In this document: positions 31,864-45,499 of the stretch, piece after piece
Position numbering within the stretch: the stretch's first letter is position 1
How the letters are laid out: the number at the start of each line of letters is the position of its first letter
Assembly (NCBI RefSeq): GCF_009914755.1
Contig: NC_060928.1
Length of the DNA stretch: 64,000 nt
Strand: one strand, 5' to 3'
Source: the human T2T-CHM13v2.0 reference genome, Homo sapiens
Notes under the pieces: model-generated
Database searches by the model: none
Told to the model about the DNA's origin: nothing
Seen by the model: only the letters and a program-made list of their open reading frames with translations
Position numbers and translations under genes: made by a program

Positions 31864-34800
31864 TTATACTAGACAGAGGGGAAGTTCACTGAAGTCATGT
31901 TTTCCTATAAGTAAGAAATATTATTACTCCATGTATAACTTCACATGCACAAACGTTCAAGCTCTGCCAACTGGACCCGCTCTTCATTATCCACAAAAGT
32001 CTGCAACATTTCATTTCTAAAGTTAAAACTGATTTTAAATAGAAATGCATAAAAGTATCCATATTCAGCCAAAATCATGTTATTTTTGGCTGTCTTTGAC
32101 TAAATAACAAGAAAACTCATTTTGACTTTATTTTGTAAATTTTTTTTTTAAATGCACTCTCCAATCAAGAACTTCTATGCCAAGTTTAAGCCTGAAACAA
32201 ATGTTAAGACCAAATTATAACTCCCCAAAAATGTGGAAGTTTGCTAGATCCTTAACATCACTGTACCGCCAATTGCTTGCTGCAATATTTACTTACATTG
32301 CTAGGACTGAAGCTAAAGGAAATGGAACTCAGTTGCATAATTCAAGGCACATTAAACTAGATGCTATATTTTCTATGGATTTTACTCTTTTGTGCTTCTA
32401 CTAAGAAAATGGATGTTTTTACCTGGAAGTAAGAAAAGATGACATTCACTGGCCATTCAAAACATTGAAATGCTAACTGGTATAGCCATGAGTGTCTTTT
32501 AATTTTCCAGTTTTTAAAACTTTGCTTCTAACATTTCAGAGCTTTACAGATGGAGTATCTCATCCAGGATTCCAAACTTCAAAGGCTTAAAAAATAAACT
32601 GCAAACTAGCAAACTTCTCATTTTTGTTTTACTTCTGTTATTTTTCTAACCTTTCCTTTTAAACACACTCTTTCTTGCTCTTGCCATTTGTAGATAAAGT
32701 TAGTAGTATTAAAATAATTCATTTTAATAAATTCTAAATGTGTTCAGCTTTCTGTGAGTTGGACCAAATGACATACAACCTGTAAACTCCAGAAATTTTA
32801 TAGCTTCTTGTACCTTGTCATAATATTTTGACATCTAGTGAGCTTTATATTAAAAAAGTATCTGGAATATTATTAATTAATAGAAAAACAAGGATCCTGT
32901 GAATTTCAGTGAATATTTTTATGTCTTTTATTTTTAAGTTATTTAATATTCTACTCTGACAGGATTTTTCTCCTCTTCTATAAGAATAATGCTTTACGAA
33001 TGGTATTAAAGTTATAAATTATTTTATAATTCCAGTTAAAATTAACTTTCCATGGCTTACTTGTTTTAAGGAATTAATCAAATTTTAGTTATAATTTATA
33101 TAAGGATAAATGTTATAATTCTTGGGCATGTGTAGAATATAATTCTTCTGTGTGGAACCTATTAAATAATCCCAGTTGTTTTTTTTAAATTACTACCCTT
33201 TTCATTGTATGTATTCAACCTGCTTCCCAGCAGATGCAAGTCAAGAAAACAGAAAAATAGAATTTGACATTTCTACTTTATATGATACTGTAATTTGGAT
33301 AACTCAATTAAAAATGCTAGAAAACTCATAAGTAAACAAATCAAATAAAAACTTCTAAACAGAACTACAGACTAAGCTGGCAGGAGAGGAGGGTGATGTA
33401 AGTGAGGTTCCTTTTGTTCAGGAGTCTCAGAGCCCTGGAATGCCAGAGAAAAGAAGGGCAGGGTTTGTCACCTCAGACAAGAGGGAGAAGGTTGCAGAGG
33501 GTTATAGAGGCAGATTCCACAATGCCCCACAGATCCCAGGAGCAACCTGCAGTTATGTACTGTGGGGAGCGGTGAGGGACCCATGCATGTGCTACAACTT
33601 CCTATATTCTTCACTAGCCTTCCATCTTGTGCACATTCTAAAAACTCTTGCTATATTATGAGAAATTAAAATAGGTCCTTGGCCTCCCAAACCCCTATGT
33701 ACCCCATGCCCTGGAAGAGTGAAAGAGAAAAAAACCAAAAGAGAAATAGAATGACATACAATAAAAAACTAAACCAAACAGACCAAACACACAAACATAA
33801 GGAATCACAAACTTCCAACACATTTTGGAGCTTGTCCTCAACATTTTAACACTCTTTGAGCTGTTCTTTCATTGAACCTACGTGAGCTGGGTTTCTAAAG
33901 CAGACGGTCCCAAAGAAAACAACAAGAAAAGGAATGCTGAAGGAATAAACACTACATGTGATTAACATTCACAACCCTGAGGATTGCAGCTGGACAACCC
34001 CAAGCTGTATTTCACACTCAGAGAAATGTAAACTCTTCTTTCATTCGGTAGCCATAACTTCTGGGAAGAAAGAGATCTTCACAGAGGTCCAGAGAAGTGC
34101 AGCAATTTCTAGGTTTTCAGGCTCCTGGCTGACATTTTTAAATTTAAATCTGAAAACAATTCAGGTAACCTTAGAAAACAAAATTATTTTCTGATTTTGC
34201 ATATAAGTTAATAATCAAGGACAAAATAGCTTTGATGTAATGTCACCTTCGACCTGAATGGCATCTACTTAAATGTAAAAAATGGCATAAAGTACAAGTT
34301 AAATGCCCTTTTTGAGTCCAGATCTTTCTAGAACCTTTTTATAAAAAGGAAATATAAGTCATGGAAATAACACTCTAAGTATTCATTGTTACTTTATTTT
34401 AACCCAAAGAACTGATTATTTTAAGGTTCCAAAAATTCTATTGGAATTGCTTATAAATGTTTGAAGAAAGGAAGAGTTATGAAGGTTTCCCTCAAAACTT
34501 TTTTTAAAACAAATATCCATGGCTATCTAAAATAAGTGCAAAGTATCTTGAGCCATATTTCAAAACATTTAACCTGAGGGCTTAGTTTTGAGGTACAGTC
34601 CTTTTCTGGACTGTTTACCAGCACTAAAACGATGGTAAAAATGGCCATGGAAGCCTTCCACACTTGGACGAATTGTTTTGCTTCTAGTCTCATCGAAGCC
34701 AACTTTAGCCTACTCCAAACCACAGAGTCAGCAAAAGCAGTATTCTTCATCCCTCAGTCCCTGAATCCTGTTTTCCTTAATCTGCACAGGGCATAGGCAC

Positions 34801-35162
34801 TGCCCCTGACTTCAAGTAATCTTTTCCACCATATTGATGCCCTCTCACCCCATGCTTTTGCAATCTTGCATCATGTCAGGCCCTTGCACTGCCATAGATA
34901 GTGTCAGAGCAAGCAGAGATGTATGCCAGTACCAAAAGGTAGAAAACTGTGTGCCAAAGTTTTGTTGAGAAACTTGATGAAAGGTAATCTCATGCCTCTC
35001 TGTCAATTACAGGGGAGAGATGGCTCTCAATTTTACATAGTAGAATTTAAAATTCAATAGTTTAGCTGAAGGCTATGGAGCTATGGTCTTGAACCTGTGT
35101 TTAAATAGAAAGCCTGTTGTTTTTTGTCTTAGGTTGTGTTTTCATTTAAGGTGGGTTTGGAG

Positions 35163-35330
35163 CAGTAGTATGTTGGAGCCAGCATTCACAAGCCTGCAAG
35201 TCAATTGAGCACGACACTTCTCATATTTGTTGTCTGCTAGCAGCTTGAAATTGGTCAAGGTGAAAGTATTTACACCACTGATACTGGCAAATGCTATCAA
35301 TCGTGACTTTCCCATTCCCACCCTCTCTAG
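35163..35330. mobile_element. MER63-like hAT DNA transposon fragment
   Basis: CAGTAGTATGTTGGAGCCAGC...CAGCTTGAAATTGG...AGTATTTACACCAC...GGCAAATGCTA. Confidence 0.65.
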
Positions 35331-35748
35331 GTTTGGGCCTATTGATGGTGATTGAAGCAGAGCAGCCAAAGCTGTTCTAAGTCTATACCTTGATGTACCA
35401 TTCTTACAACTTCCTAAAATGCAAAGCTTGTCAATCCTTATTTCCCTTTTTCACTCATCTTCATTTTGCTCTAGATTTCCTCTACAGATGAATAGTCCCT
35501 TCCTCTTTCCAACATTCCCCACTCTACCTTTATTGTAAACTCACCCGCCTCCTCAATCTTTTCAAAGAAAGAGTTCCTTAATTCCTTGCCTTGCCCCAAC
35601 CTGGCAGGCTTCTAAGGTCACAGCTTCACCTGGGTCCCTCTTGTTCAATATGAAGAAGAATATTTTCGTGTGCTCTTCAAGTATGGAATATGTAATATAA
35701 ATTAAATAATGTAGATATTCATGCTAAGTGCTATGATACAGGTGTGGA

Positions 35749-36120
35749 TGTGTTAGTTCATTTTCACACTGCTATAAAGAAATACCTAAGGCTGGGTAAT
35801 TTATAAAGGAAAGAGGTTTAATTTACTCAGTTCCACATGGCTGAGGAGATCTCAGGAAACTTACAATTATGGTGGAAGGCAAAGGGGAAACAAGGATATT
35901 CTTGGTGACAGGAGAAAGAAGAGAGAGCAAAGAGGGAAGAGGCCCTTATAAAACCATCAGATCTCATGAGAACTCACTCATCACGAGAACATCATAGGGA
36001 AAACTATCCCCATAATCTAATCACCTCTCATCAAGTCCTTCTCTTGACCTGTGGGGATTATGGGGATTACAACTGAAGATGAGATTTGGGTGGGAACACA
36101 GAGCCAAACCATCCCTATCA
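35749..36120 (-). mobile_element. THE1C/D solo LTR (MaLR)
   Basis: CACACTGCTATAAAGAAATACC...GAGATTTGGGTGGGAACACAGAGCCAAACC; perfect 5-bp TSD GTGGA (35744-35748 / 36121-36125). Confidence 0.92.
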
Positions 36121-36272
36121 GTGGATGAAAGTAAATTTATAGAAAGTAAGTGTTGATACCTACATAGGTATAATCTTGCTTGTTTTGTTTTAGCCCTTAA
36201 ATGTAATCCGGATTTTTTACTTATAAAGTAAGATTGAGCAAAGAAAATATTAAAATATGTCAAAGTTATAAT

Positions 36273-36575
<303 letters not shown>

Positions 36576-36604
36576 TATAATGTTGTTTTAATAAAAGGCA
36601 GTGA

Positions 36605-36906
<302 letters not shown>

Positions 36907-37143
36907 GGCAGTAAGAACCAAAGTGAGAATTAGTTATTAGTTTTAGAAAACTCATTGGCAAATGTGATTTTAGAAGAGATAATATTTCTAGGGGTCTCCT
37001 GGCTCCTCCTCTTTCATTATTCTTTTTCTTAGTAACTGGACCTACAGAGACCTACATTGCCAAATAAATCTGAGAAAAAAAAGCAATCGGCAAAAATACT
37101 CTACTAAATGTGCTATATATTTAGAAGCTTTACAGTTCCAGGC

Positions 37144-37328
37144 CAGTGGTTCTTAATATGTGGTCCTTAATCAGCAGCATCAGCATCACCTGGGAATTTG
37201 TTAAAAATTTAAATTCTTGGGCCACACCTTAGATTTACTGAAACAGAAACTGATGGAGGATCCCTGTGATATGTTTTCAGAGGTCTTCCAGGTGACTCTG
37301 ATGTCTGCTTACATTCAACAACCATTGT
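37144..37328. mobile_element. MER5A hAT-Charlie MITE
   Basis: TIRs CAGTGGTT...AACCATTG; CAGCAGCATCAGCATCACCTGGGAA; degenerate 8-bp TSD TTCCAGGC/TTCTGGGC. Confidence 0.88.
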
Positions 37329-37409
37329 TCTGGGCTTTGGCCATGGAGTTGACTGCCAGTGTGCTGCAATGTATTTATCTGAAAGTGAAAGTGGGTTTAG
37401 GAGTAACAA

Positions 37410-37560
37410 AGGATACATAGTTATTTAGTATTTACTATTTATGTGACCCTGGGCAAGCTACTAAATTTTCATATTTGTCTTAAGTTTTCTCATCTGTTAA
37501 GTGGGGATATTAACAGTATGTAATTCAAATGATATTTTGTATGAAAACATAAAATTATGC
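37410..37560 (+). mobile_element. MIR SINE
   Basis: Core TGTGACCCTGGGCAAG...AGTTTTCTCATCTGTTAAGTGGGGAT. Confidence 0.8.
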
Positions 37561-39014
37561 ATTAGTATGAATATAATATTAATTATTATAGTATTGACAA
37601 AAACTAACAATATATAGAAGGATGCCAGGTTGGGATACTAGCAAAGGTCCTCATTTAATATTATCTGTGGGTCTCCAATTCAAAAGACCAGGTGAGAAAT
37701 TTCTTTAAGAGTGTAATGCCAGAATAAATGTCTTATAGCTCAAGAAAAAGGTATCCTTGTTCATTTTTATTAATGAGAATTATAATTTATCATGCTGTTA
37801 TTTTTGCTTTGGCTGCTAAGATTCTCGGGGCTGAATTTGACACTCAGTCCTATTAATATTGTAAGTCTTCTTGTATATTTACCTGCTCCTTTCCCTGGTT
37901 CTTTTCATCCTTTTTCTTTAAAAAAAATTACCTTATGAGTCCTTAAAAACAAGCTCCTCATACTTTTTTTGTCTTAGTAAAAACATAAAATTGAGCAAGA
38001 AAAAATCTAGGTGTATCATTTGACTGAGTAAAAGAACTCTGCTTAAGAATACTAGAAAAGTCTCCATTTGCGCTGAAGGAATGTCTTTGTGTCCTCTCTG
38101 TGGTCATCAGCTATCTCATTCTCTACCTCTCTTTTGCCTAATGAAAAATGCTTCTGTAGTACCACAGAGTAGTGAAGAAAAGCACTAGACAGTATTCAGG
38201 AAAACCAAGAATCAGCCTCTGCCACCTTGGACATGTTACTAAATGTCTTATGTTCAGATCCCTCACAATGGATTGTGAAAATGTATGTAAAAATGCTTGG
38301 TAAACACAAAGCACTAGGCAAGTTTAAGATGATGTATACAAAATTTTGGTTGCCTAGATATTATTTGTTGAAAAAAATATATGAATGAATTCTCAGTCTA
38401 CCTTCTCGTTTTCTTTCTTATGTTGTATATGACTCTACTGGGTTTCAAAATACAGTCTAGGGCAATATTTTAATAAATCAAATTCATGTTGTCATTACAA
38501 ACATGGTATCATTTTATGTATTACCTTACCTGGAAATTTGTTACTTTTAAACACCTTATGCAAATGTAACTATTTTATGTATCCATTACTGAGTCACTAG
38601 ATGTGACTTAATGGTCCACACTTGTTTTTATTTTCTTCGACTTCAATTGGGGATGTGACAATTTTGTCAATTTTATGAGACTGTGTTGACTTAAAATTTG
38701 TCACTTAGTTTTTGAATCAGGATTAATAGCATGACATACTATTCATGAAATTCAAGGGTGCATTTCAGAAGGGTTTTGTTTTGTTTTGTTTGACCCAAAT
38801 GCCATCTTTCATCCAGCAGAACATTGCCTCAAGAGAGATCTTCAAAACTGAGAAAATAGGATAGGGTAGGGGTGAGATATGTATCAGCAGAAAAATTAAT
38901 TACAAATATGTTTATTTTTGCATTTTATTGTCAATTACACAATCAAGCAGTTTGGAAACCATACCAAATAAAGTTTAAATGAAATAAACTGAACCTAATT
39001 ATAAAGAGATAAGG

Positions 39015-39260
39015 ACAGTAATACTTATTTTGCACTATTACCAGGAACTGTACTAAATGCTTTTGTGTATTGAGTCATGTAATTATCCACAGAATAACCT
39101 CGTACAGGGAGTTATTACTGTTATCCCTATTTTACAAAGGAAGATCTGAGACTTGAGAAGTTACATAAATTGCTCAAGCCTCATAGTAGTAGATTGTCAG
39201 CTAAATTATGAACCCAGACTCTCTGCCTTCAGTACCTGTGTTCATAACCATTGACTACCC
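39015..39260 (-). mobile_element. MIR SINE
   Basis: Reversed core CCCTATTTTACAAAGGAAGATCTGAGACTTGAGAAGTTACATAAATTGCTCAAG. Confidence 0.8.
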
Positions 39261-39489
39261 TCAAGGTTATTATATACTATTTTAACTAGTTTGATAACAA
39301 CAGATGTATCAGAAAATGAAATTAACTCCCCTCAAACAAATAACAACTACCAAAAAGCAACATCCTAAAAATGAAAAATGTTTTCCAAACCCAACCAATT
39401 AAGAAACATTATTGTTATTGGTATATTTATTGGTAATGTTTGTCATATTCATTATATATTATGCCTTAAAATAGTACTGCTACACCATT

Positions 39490-40080
39490 TAAAAGTCTTT
39501 GGCAGGAAAGATCTGGCGGCATTAATTTCGTGCAACCATAAAAAGAATCTTTGCTAAATGCCAGCAAATGAGGTGGTAATAACTTCAGACTACTTTGCTC
39601 AGCAGGGAGAGACTCAGCAGGGCGGGGGTGGGGGTGGGGGGGAGCAGGGGGGTTGGGGGGAGCAGGGTGGCGGGGGGTGGGTGAAGATCTGCTTTCAAAT
39701 CTGTTAATTTTGCAATTGAAAACAATGATATAAGGTTCAGGTGTGCCTTGTGAGCCATTTAAATTGAGGATTATTAACATGTGAAATAAGGTGTATCAAT
39801 TTTACAAAAATGATATATTTTTGAAATTTAGCATTCAGACTCCACAGCGTGACTGCCAGTGTTTCTGTAACTGCGAGATGGGAGAGCGCTTGCACTCCTT
39901 CCCACACACCTGTGTTTACATTGAGGCCTTGGCAGCACTGACCCGCGGCCATCCTTCACTCGCAGCTTTCGGTTTGCTTTCAGCCATGGCAAGCCACACT
40001 GCCCCTGCACTTTCACTAGCTAGCACTGTTAGAATGTTGACTTAGGAGTCGTAAGCTTGGAATTTAATAGAAATCGGTTT
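39490..40080. promoter_or_regulatory. Candidate enhancer or conserved non-coding element
   Basis: No recognisable repeat, locally retained CpGs and clustered transcription-factor motifs; inference only. Confidence 0.35.
39620..39681 (+). other. G-rich tract, predicted G-quadruplex
   Basis: Nine runs of at least 3 G with loops of 1-4 nt. Confidence 0.8.
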
Positions 40081-40570
40081 GTTGAATCTCACTCATTTTA
40101 GAAAGTTACACAGATATTTCCTTCAATCCTAAACTAGAATTGAGTATGTCTTGTAAATACTGTTGAACTTTTAGAAAGGGGGCAGGAGAGGGAGTTGTTT
40201 TCATGTAACTTTTGCTTTTATACAGACTGAAGATATTTCCCCCCATTTGTGTCTCTTGGAAAGTAGGGATTACAGACTTAAAATGAGTAAGTTATTTAGT
40301 AAAGTAGATAGTAAGCGGGGAGGAGAGTAATGGTATTTTGAGGCTTCTTAGGTTTCAGGTACATATATTAGAGTGAAAGAACTCTATAACACAATTGCAA
40401 TGGCAGTTAATGTTTTGGGATGCTACCTTTTTAATAAAAACTTTGACGCATAATTAATCATTTTCCCCAAAAAAACTATGCTATTGCCGTCAGAACCCAA
40501 CGGATGAAAGAGGGGAATGCATTGGCCTTTTGATTTCTATATTCTGGTATAGTGAGTGTGAATGAGGTGA

Positions 40571-40993
40571 TGCCATGCTGGGTCTCTATTGACTTCAACA
40601 GGGATAACACCATGTTTGTGAGGACCAAGAAGAGACCCAGAGCCAGTGAATGAGACATAGGATTTATTGAGGGAACTTACACGTAGGACAGTCGAGTGGC
40701 AGCCGGCTGGACAGGAGAACCATAACCACTTATTAAAAGCATGCAGTTTATGTAGCATTTTCACTTATCACCCTCCCCCTAGCAACCTCCACCTGGCAAC
40801 ATGCATTTAATCCAAAACAAAGGAGAGCCTCAATTGCCTGTATGGCCCATGTTCCACGGGACGGGGGTAATTCAGATGTTCCTCATAGATAATAATGAAT
40901 CTCCAGGTTGGCTACTCCTGGATTCCTTAGCGCAGAACTCTGAACACACATTCTTCTTCTTAAGTTATAGCCTACAGGTGGATCTGCCATACA
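40571..40993 (-). mobile_element. ERVL-class solo LTR (LTR32-like)
   Basis: TG...CA termini; minus-strand AATAAA; perfect 5-bp TSD GGTGA (40566-40570 / 40994-40998); family name is tentative. Confidence 0.75.
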
Positions 40994-41009
40994 GGTGATT
41001 AATTGATAC

Positions 41010-41370
41010 TCAATTCATTGAATCATGACAAAAATGATTACAGGCTAGTTAGTAGGGGCTTTGTGACAGAACCATTGGTGAAGAAGATAATCAGCTCCTT
41101 CCCTCAAGGGGCTTAAGATTTCTCAGGGGTCATAGGCAAGCAAGTAGATCATTACAATACAATATTACATAAATACAAGAAGGGAAATTCAGAGTGCCCT
41201 GGGAACTCAGAGGAGGCACCCCTAACTCAGGTGTTGTGGGGCCAGGAAAGCCTGCATAGAGGGGGATACAGCCAAGCTGAGACCTTACAGATGAGTAGCG
41301 ATCAGCCAGGCGAGGATCAGGGAAAAGAAGATCCTAGGCACAAGAGTATGTGTGAATTCCCAAAGCCAAT
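41010..41370 (-). mobile_element. L2 3' fragment
   Basis: CCCTCAAGGGGCTTA...GGGAACTCAGAGGAGGCACCCCTAACTCAG...AAGCTGAGACCTT. Confidence 0.75.
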
Positions 41371-41630
41371 AACTTATTTCTTTAAGACAAACTAAGTAAA
41401 ATAAGTTCAAGGGCCAGTATCATTATTCCTTCCCAAGTGGTCCTGAAGTTTAATTTTAACTTTTATAGCTTTTTATCTGTTTAAATGGTCTCCTGCTTAA
41501 AAAAAAAAATCTAATGTGTAAATTTTTTAGGGAGACGAGCTCTCCCTCATGAAGTATGTCTTTTATTTATAGATTTTGTGCTCTTTCTGTGTAAAATAGG
41601 AAGAGCTCAGCCTTATTAAAAAAAAATAGA

Positions 41631-41935
41631 TTTTTTTTTTGAGACAGGATCTCACCTTGTTGCCCAAGCTGGAGTACAGTGGTGCGATCACAGCTCACTG
41701 CAGCCTCAACCTCCCAAGCTCAAGCCTTCTTCCCGCCTCAGCTTCCTGATTAGCTGCAACTGCAGGCATGCACCACCACACCTGGCTAATTGTTTTGTTT
41801 GTTTGTTTGTTTTTTAAATTTTTTGTAGAGACAGGATCTCACTGTGTTTTCTAGGCTGGTTTCAAACTCCTGGGCTGAAGCAATCCTCCCACCTTGGCCT
41901 CCCAAAGTGTTGGGATTACAGGCATGAGCCACCAT
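41631..41935 (-). mobile_element. AluJ (first ~10 nt missing)
   Basis: GATCACAGCTCACTGCAGCCTCAACCTCC, J-type diagnostics. Confidence 0.92.
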
Positions 41936-42789
41936 TGATTATAACTACATTAAAACAAATATCTTTGGCTACCTAAAAAATTGTACTATTAAAAACTTTT
42001 ACAGTCACATAATTCTTTTGGGTATTTAAAATATATTTTGACTACTTAAAAATTATGATTTTAAAATTGAAGTTTAAATCAATTTAATTATTTCATGTTA
42101 GGTTTATGTCTCAAGGTCCTCCAATATTAAATTAGCATCTTCATTATGCAGAGGAATATGTTGAGTAATGAGAATAAGAAAAATGTTTTTATTTGGACAC
42201 TAATATTTGAACAAAATTTTATCTAATAAATGTGATTTTATATATACTTTTAACCTATTTAATTATGAATCTTTTTAAAGGACTAAGAAGTTGGATTACT
42301 AACATGACAAATAATATTTCTTTTCTAAAAATGGAAATAAAGTAATTTATAATTGGAATCTGGCTTTTCTGCCTGAAATTTTTCTGGGTGGGACAATATA
42401 TTTAAAGACAGTTTCCTGAACATTTAAAGGTAAGTAATGTGTTAAATGACTGCCATGTTCATCTATCAAAAACAAACCATCTGAGATAAATTCATTTTTT
42501 ATTTGAAACTTTTAAAATGTCCAAAAATTCATTTGAACATGAATTCCCCATCCCACCCCAGCTGGGACTTTAAGATGATTTTCCACATCTCCCCATTCAG
42601 ATACTTTGATAAACAATTTAACTATGGTTTTATATCATATGATAGAATGTGGAAGATGGGTAAGGTTAGAAATATTTTGCACTCTGCAAAGAAGAATAAA
42701 ATTGAGTTTTATAAATCTGAAGTTGAAATTCAGTATTTTATAGTAATACAAATAATGAAAATGTAAAGAATATGTTTATAAATTGACTA

Positions 42790-44020
42790 TCAATTTATTC
42801 AACAATATTATTTGTTGATGGAAGTATTCTAGGTTCTAGGAATGCGGTGGTGAGAAAGACGTGGTACCTGTGTTCATGGGGCTTATATTCTAGTGAGGAA
42901 GAGAGATCATAAACAAGTAATGAGATCAATTCAAAATGTAATCTCAAGTAATAATTGATACTATGAAGAAAATAATGCCGAAAAAGGTGACTGGGTGACT
43001 TGAGGTGAAGGACATTATTTTATACAGTGTATTTAGGGAAAGCCCCAGCAGAGGTTTGTCAGCTGAGAGAGTGAGCCTTGCAAAGATTCAGGAGTATCCA
43101 GACAGAGGAAATAATGACTTTGAAGGGGAGTAAGTGTGGCCTGTTGGGGGGTAGTGAGAAGGCCATGTGGCTCGGGCAGAGGGAGAGAGGAGTGGAGGCC
43201 AGAACAGTAGGCAGGTGCCAGTGTGGTATGGAAGTTGAAGGCCATGTAAAGATTTAGCTTAGAATGTTTAAAACAGGGCAGTAGATATGAACACATTTGC
43301 ATTTGAAAAGATCCCTCTGGTTGTAGTGCAATGTGCAGATTATGGGGAGAAATAGAAGCAGGCAGACCAGTTACCGGATACTGTAGTACCCAGGCAAGAA
43401 ATGGTAGTGGCTTGGTCCAGGGAGGTGGTGGAGGAAGTGGTTTGTGACAGGATGAGGAATGATTTCTTTGGAAATAGAGTGGCAGGACATACTGATGGAT
43501 TAGTTATGCAGAGTGAAAGAAAGAGAAGGATTAACTGAGACATCCAAGTTATTTTTGGCCTGAGCAACTGGGTAAATTGTAGTGTCATTAACTGACACTG
43601 GAAGATGAGGACAACTGAGAGAGGAATGGGCTCTTCTAGGGGCTTGGAAAGAAGGGAATAAGAATATCTTTTCGATATGTTAAAACCAAGGTAGCTTATG
43701 TCATCTAAGTGAAGATGGTAGTCCACTGTTGATATCTGAGTTTGAAACTCAATATAAAGTCAGGGTTAGAGTTGTACGTTCAGAAATAGATAAGTGTCGC
43801 AAACAAATATTTGGTGTTTAAAACTATGAAACTAATTAAGAACCCCTAAGGAGAGAGGCTGAATTAGAGAGTGAAGAACAGAGTCCTAGAATATTCCTAA
43901 ATTTAGAGATCAGTTGAAGAGGATGATCTAGGAAAGGGACTGAGAAAAAGATTCAATGAGGCTGAGTGAAAGCCAGGAGAATGTGACGACCCAGACGCCA
44001 GTAAACAACAATGTTGCTCA
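42790..44020 (-). mobile_element. L2 LINE fragment (about 1.2 kb)
   Basis: TTATTCAACAATATT...TTCATGGGGCTTATATTCTAGTG...TTTTTGGCCTGAGCAACTGG. Confidence 0.85.
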
Positions 44021-44259
44021 ACTCTTAGTAGTTTCCAGTGAGGCCAAGTAGTCTATCCTTTTAATAAGTTGTGTAAAACACGATTCACATGGTGCTGTAA
44101 TAATGCTGTCTCTCCTGCAACTCTACAGCATCATTGGTAAGAGTGAAAAAGGAGTTCTTGAATTCTCCAAACTCAAGGAAAGATCTCCCTCACCCCTTAC
44201 TCTATTCTCTTTACCCTCCTTAGCACTCACAGCTTCACCATCACTCCCTGCCTTGACAG

Positions 44260-44660
44260 TGTTGGGAGGGAAACTTGTTCTCTTCTAACTTGGGTCCAGT
44301 ATTTGGGGCCTACAAATTAACTGACTCTAGACAGATTAATAGGAGAAAAGACAAGGTTAATTTGTGTGTGCACAGGGTACACACGGGAATACTTAGTGAT
44401 GAGTAACTCACTGGATGGCTAGAGATTATATGCCAAATTCAGTAGTGGCTGCAGTGGGGAGAGGCTTCAGTGGGAAGGTATGGAAGGTTCATTTGGACTT
44501 TTTGATACTAATAGAAATAGGCAGTCCATCTCCATGGCAGCAGAATTCCCAGGAAGCTTCCTGGGAGGAGTTAATGGCACTGCATTTTCTGGAGGGCTAT
44601 TTTGGGAAGGTTCAGATAAGATTTCTTTCTGCATCTTCTTTGGCTCAGATGTTTACACTT
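44260..44660 (-). mobile_element. Old ERV1 LTR (MER31/MER89/MER90 group)
   Basis: AGACAGATTAATAGGAGAAAAG motif shared by MER4-group LTRs; family uncertain. Confidence 0.5.
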
Positions 44661-44983
44661 TATAATTTTTATACCAACTCTGGGGGTCTAAATGGGTCCC
44701 CATGATTAATCTCATTGTGTTCTTCATCATTATTTGTGTCAGTTATACAGAAACTCAGCATTTCCAGCGTTTTTTATCCCCTGGAATTTCATTCCATTTG
44801 TGCATCTCCTTTTCTGACTGGATCTCCAATCCAATTTCTGGATCCCCTCCACTGTGCTCTCTGGAGCTCTTTTCTGGTCACCCCTTCACTGTCAGATGGC
44901 TCTTCCTTAAGGATACTGTCTCCCCAGTATGATGGTGGATTTTACACTTTCATATCCCTGGAGCCTGCTTTTCTCAGGCATTT

Positions 44984-45036
44984 TGTGTGTGTGTGCGTGT
45001 GTGTGCGCATGCGTGTGTGTGTGTGTGTGTGTGTGT
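44984..45036 (+). repeat. Imperfect (TG)n / alternating purine-pyrimidine tract
   Basis: Read directly; Z-DNA-prone composition. Confidence 0.92.
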
Positions 45037-45115
45037 CTTCCCCAACTTTCCTCCCAGCTTTGAAAATCATGTCTTTAGACTGTATCTTCTATGTCTTCTA
45101 CCATCTCTGCTTCTT

Positions 45116-45412
45116 TTTTTTGAGACAGGGTCTCATTCTGTTGCCTAGCAAGTTAGAGTGTGGAGGTGCAATCATAGCTCACTGCAGCCTTGCAGCCTCA
45201 ACCTCCCAAGCTCAAGCGATTCTCCCACCTCAGTCCCCAAGTAGTTGGGACTACAGGCACATGCCACTGTGCCCAGCTAATTTTTGTATTTTTTGTAGAG
45301 ACAGGGTTTCTGTATGTTGCCTACACTGGTCTTGAACTCCTGAGCTCAAGCAATTTGCCTACCTCAGCCTCCCTAGTGTTGGGATTACAGGCATGAGCCA
45401 CCACATCCAACC
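45116..45412 (-). mobile_element. AluJ
   Basis: Diverged Alu; 15-bp TSD CCATCTCTGCTTCTT (45101-45115) / CCACCTCTGCTTCTT (45413-45427); internal TGCAGCCT duplication. Confidence 0.92.
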
Positions 45413-45499
45413 CCACCTCTGCTTCTTGATGTTATCTGTAGGCTTCTTTGCTTTCTGTCACTCTCTTTATCCCTATGCCTGTCGCAACTCTTGGTCATT

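Noticed and set aside
32066-32092. Hairpin CAGCCAAAA-N9-TTTTGGCTG
   Set aside because: Chance-level stem length with no supporting context.
34523-34750. 75-aa ATG-initiated ORF in unique sequence
   Set aside because: No recognisable homology, promoter or splice context; the length is within random expectation.
42427-42435. Perfect splice donor AAG|GTAAGT
   Set aside because: About one such match is expected by chance per window, and there is no convincing upstream acceptor or coding frame.
44715-45335. Longest ORF (206 aa)
   Set aside because: Non-ATG start; runs through a (TG)n tract (CVCVCV) and an antisense AluJ; no recognisable domain.
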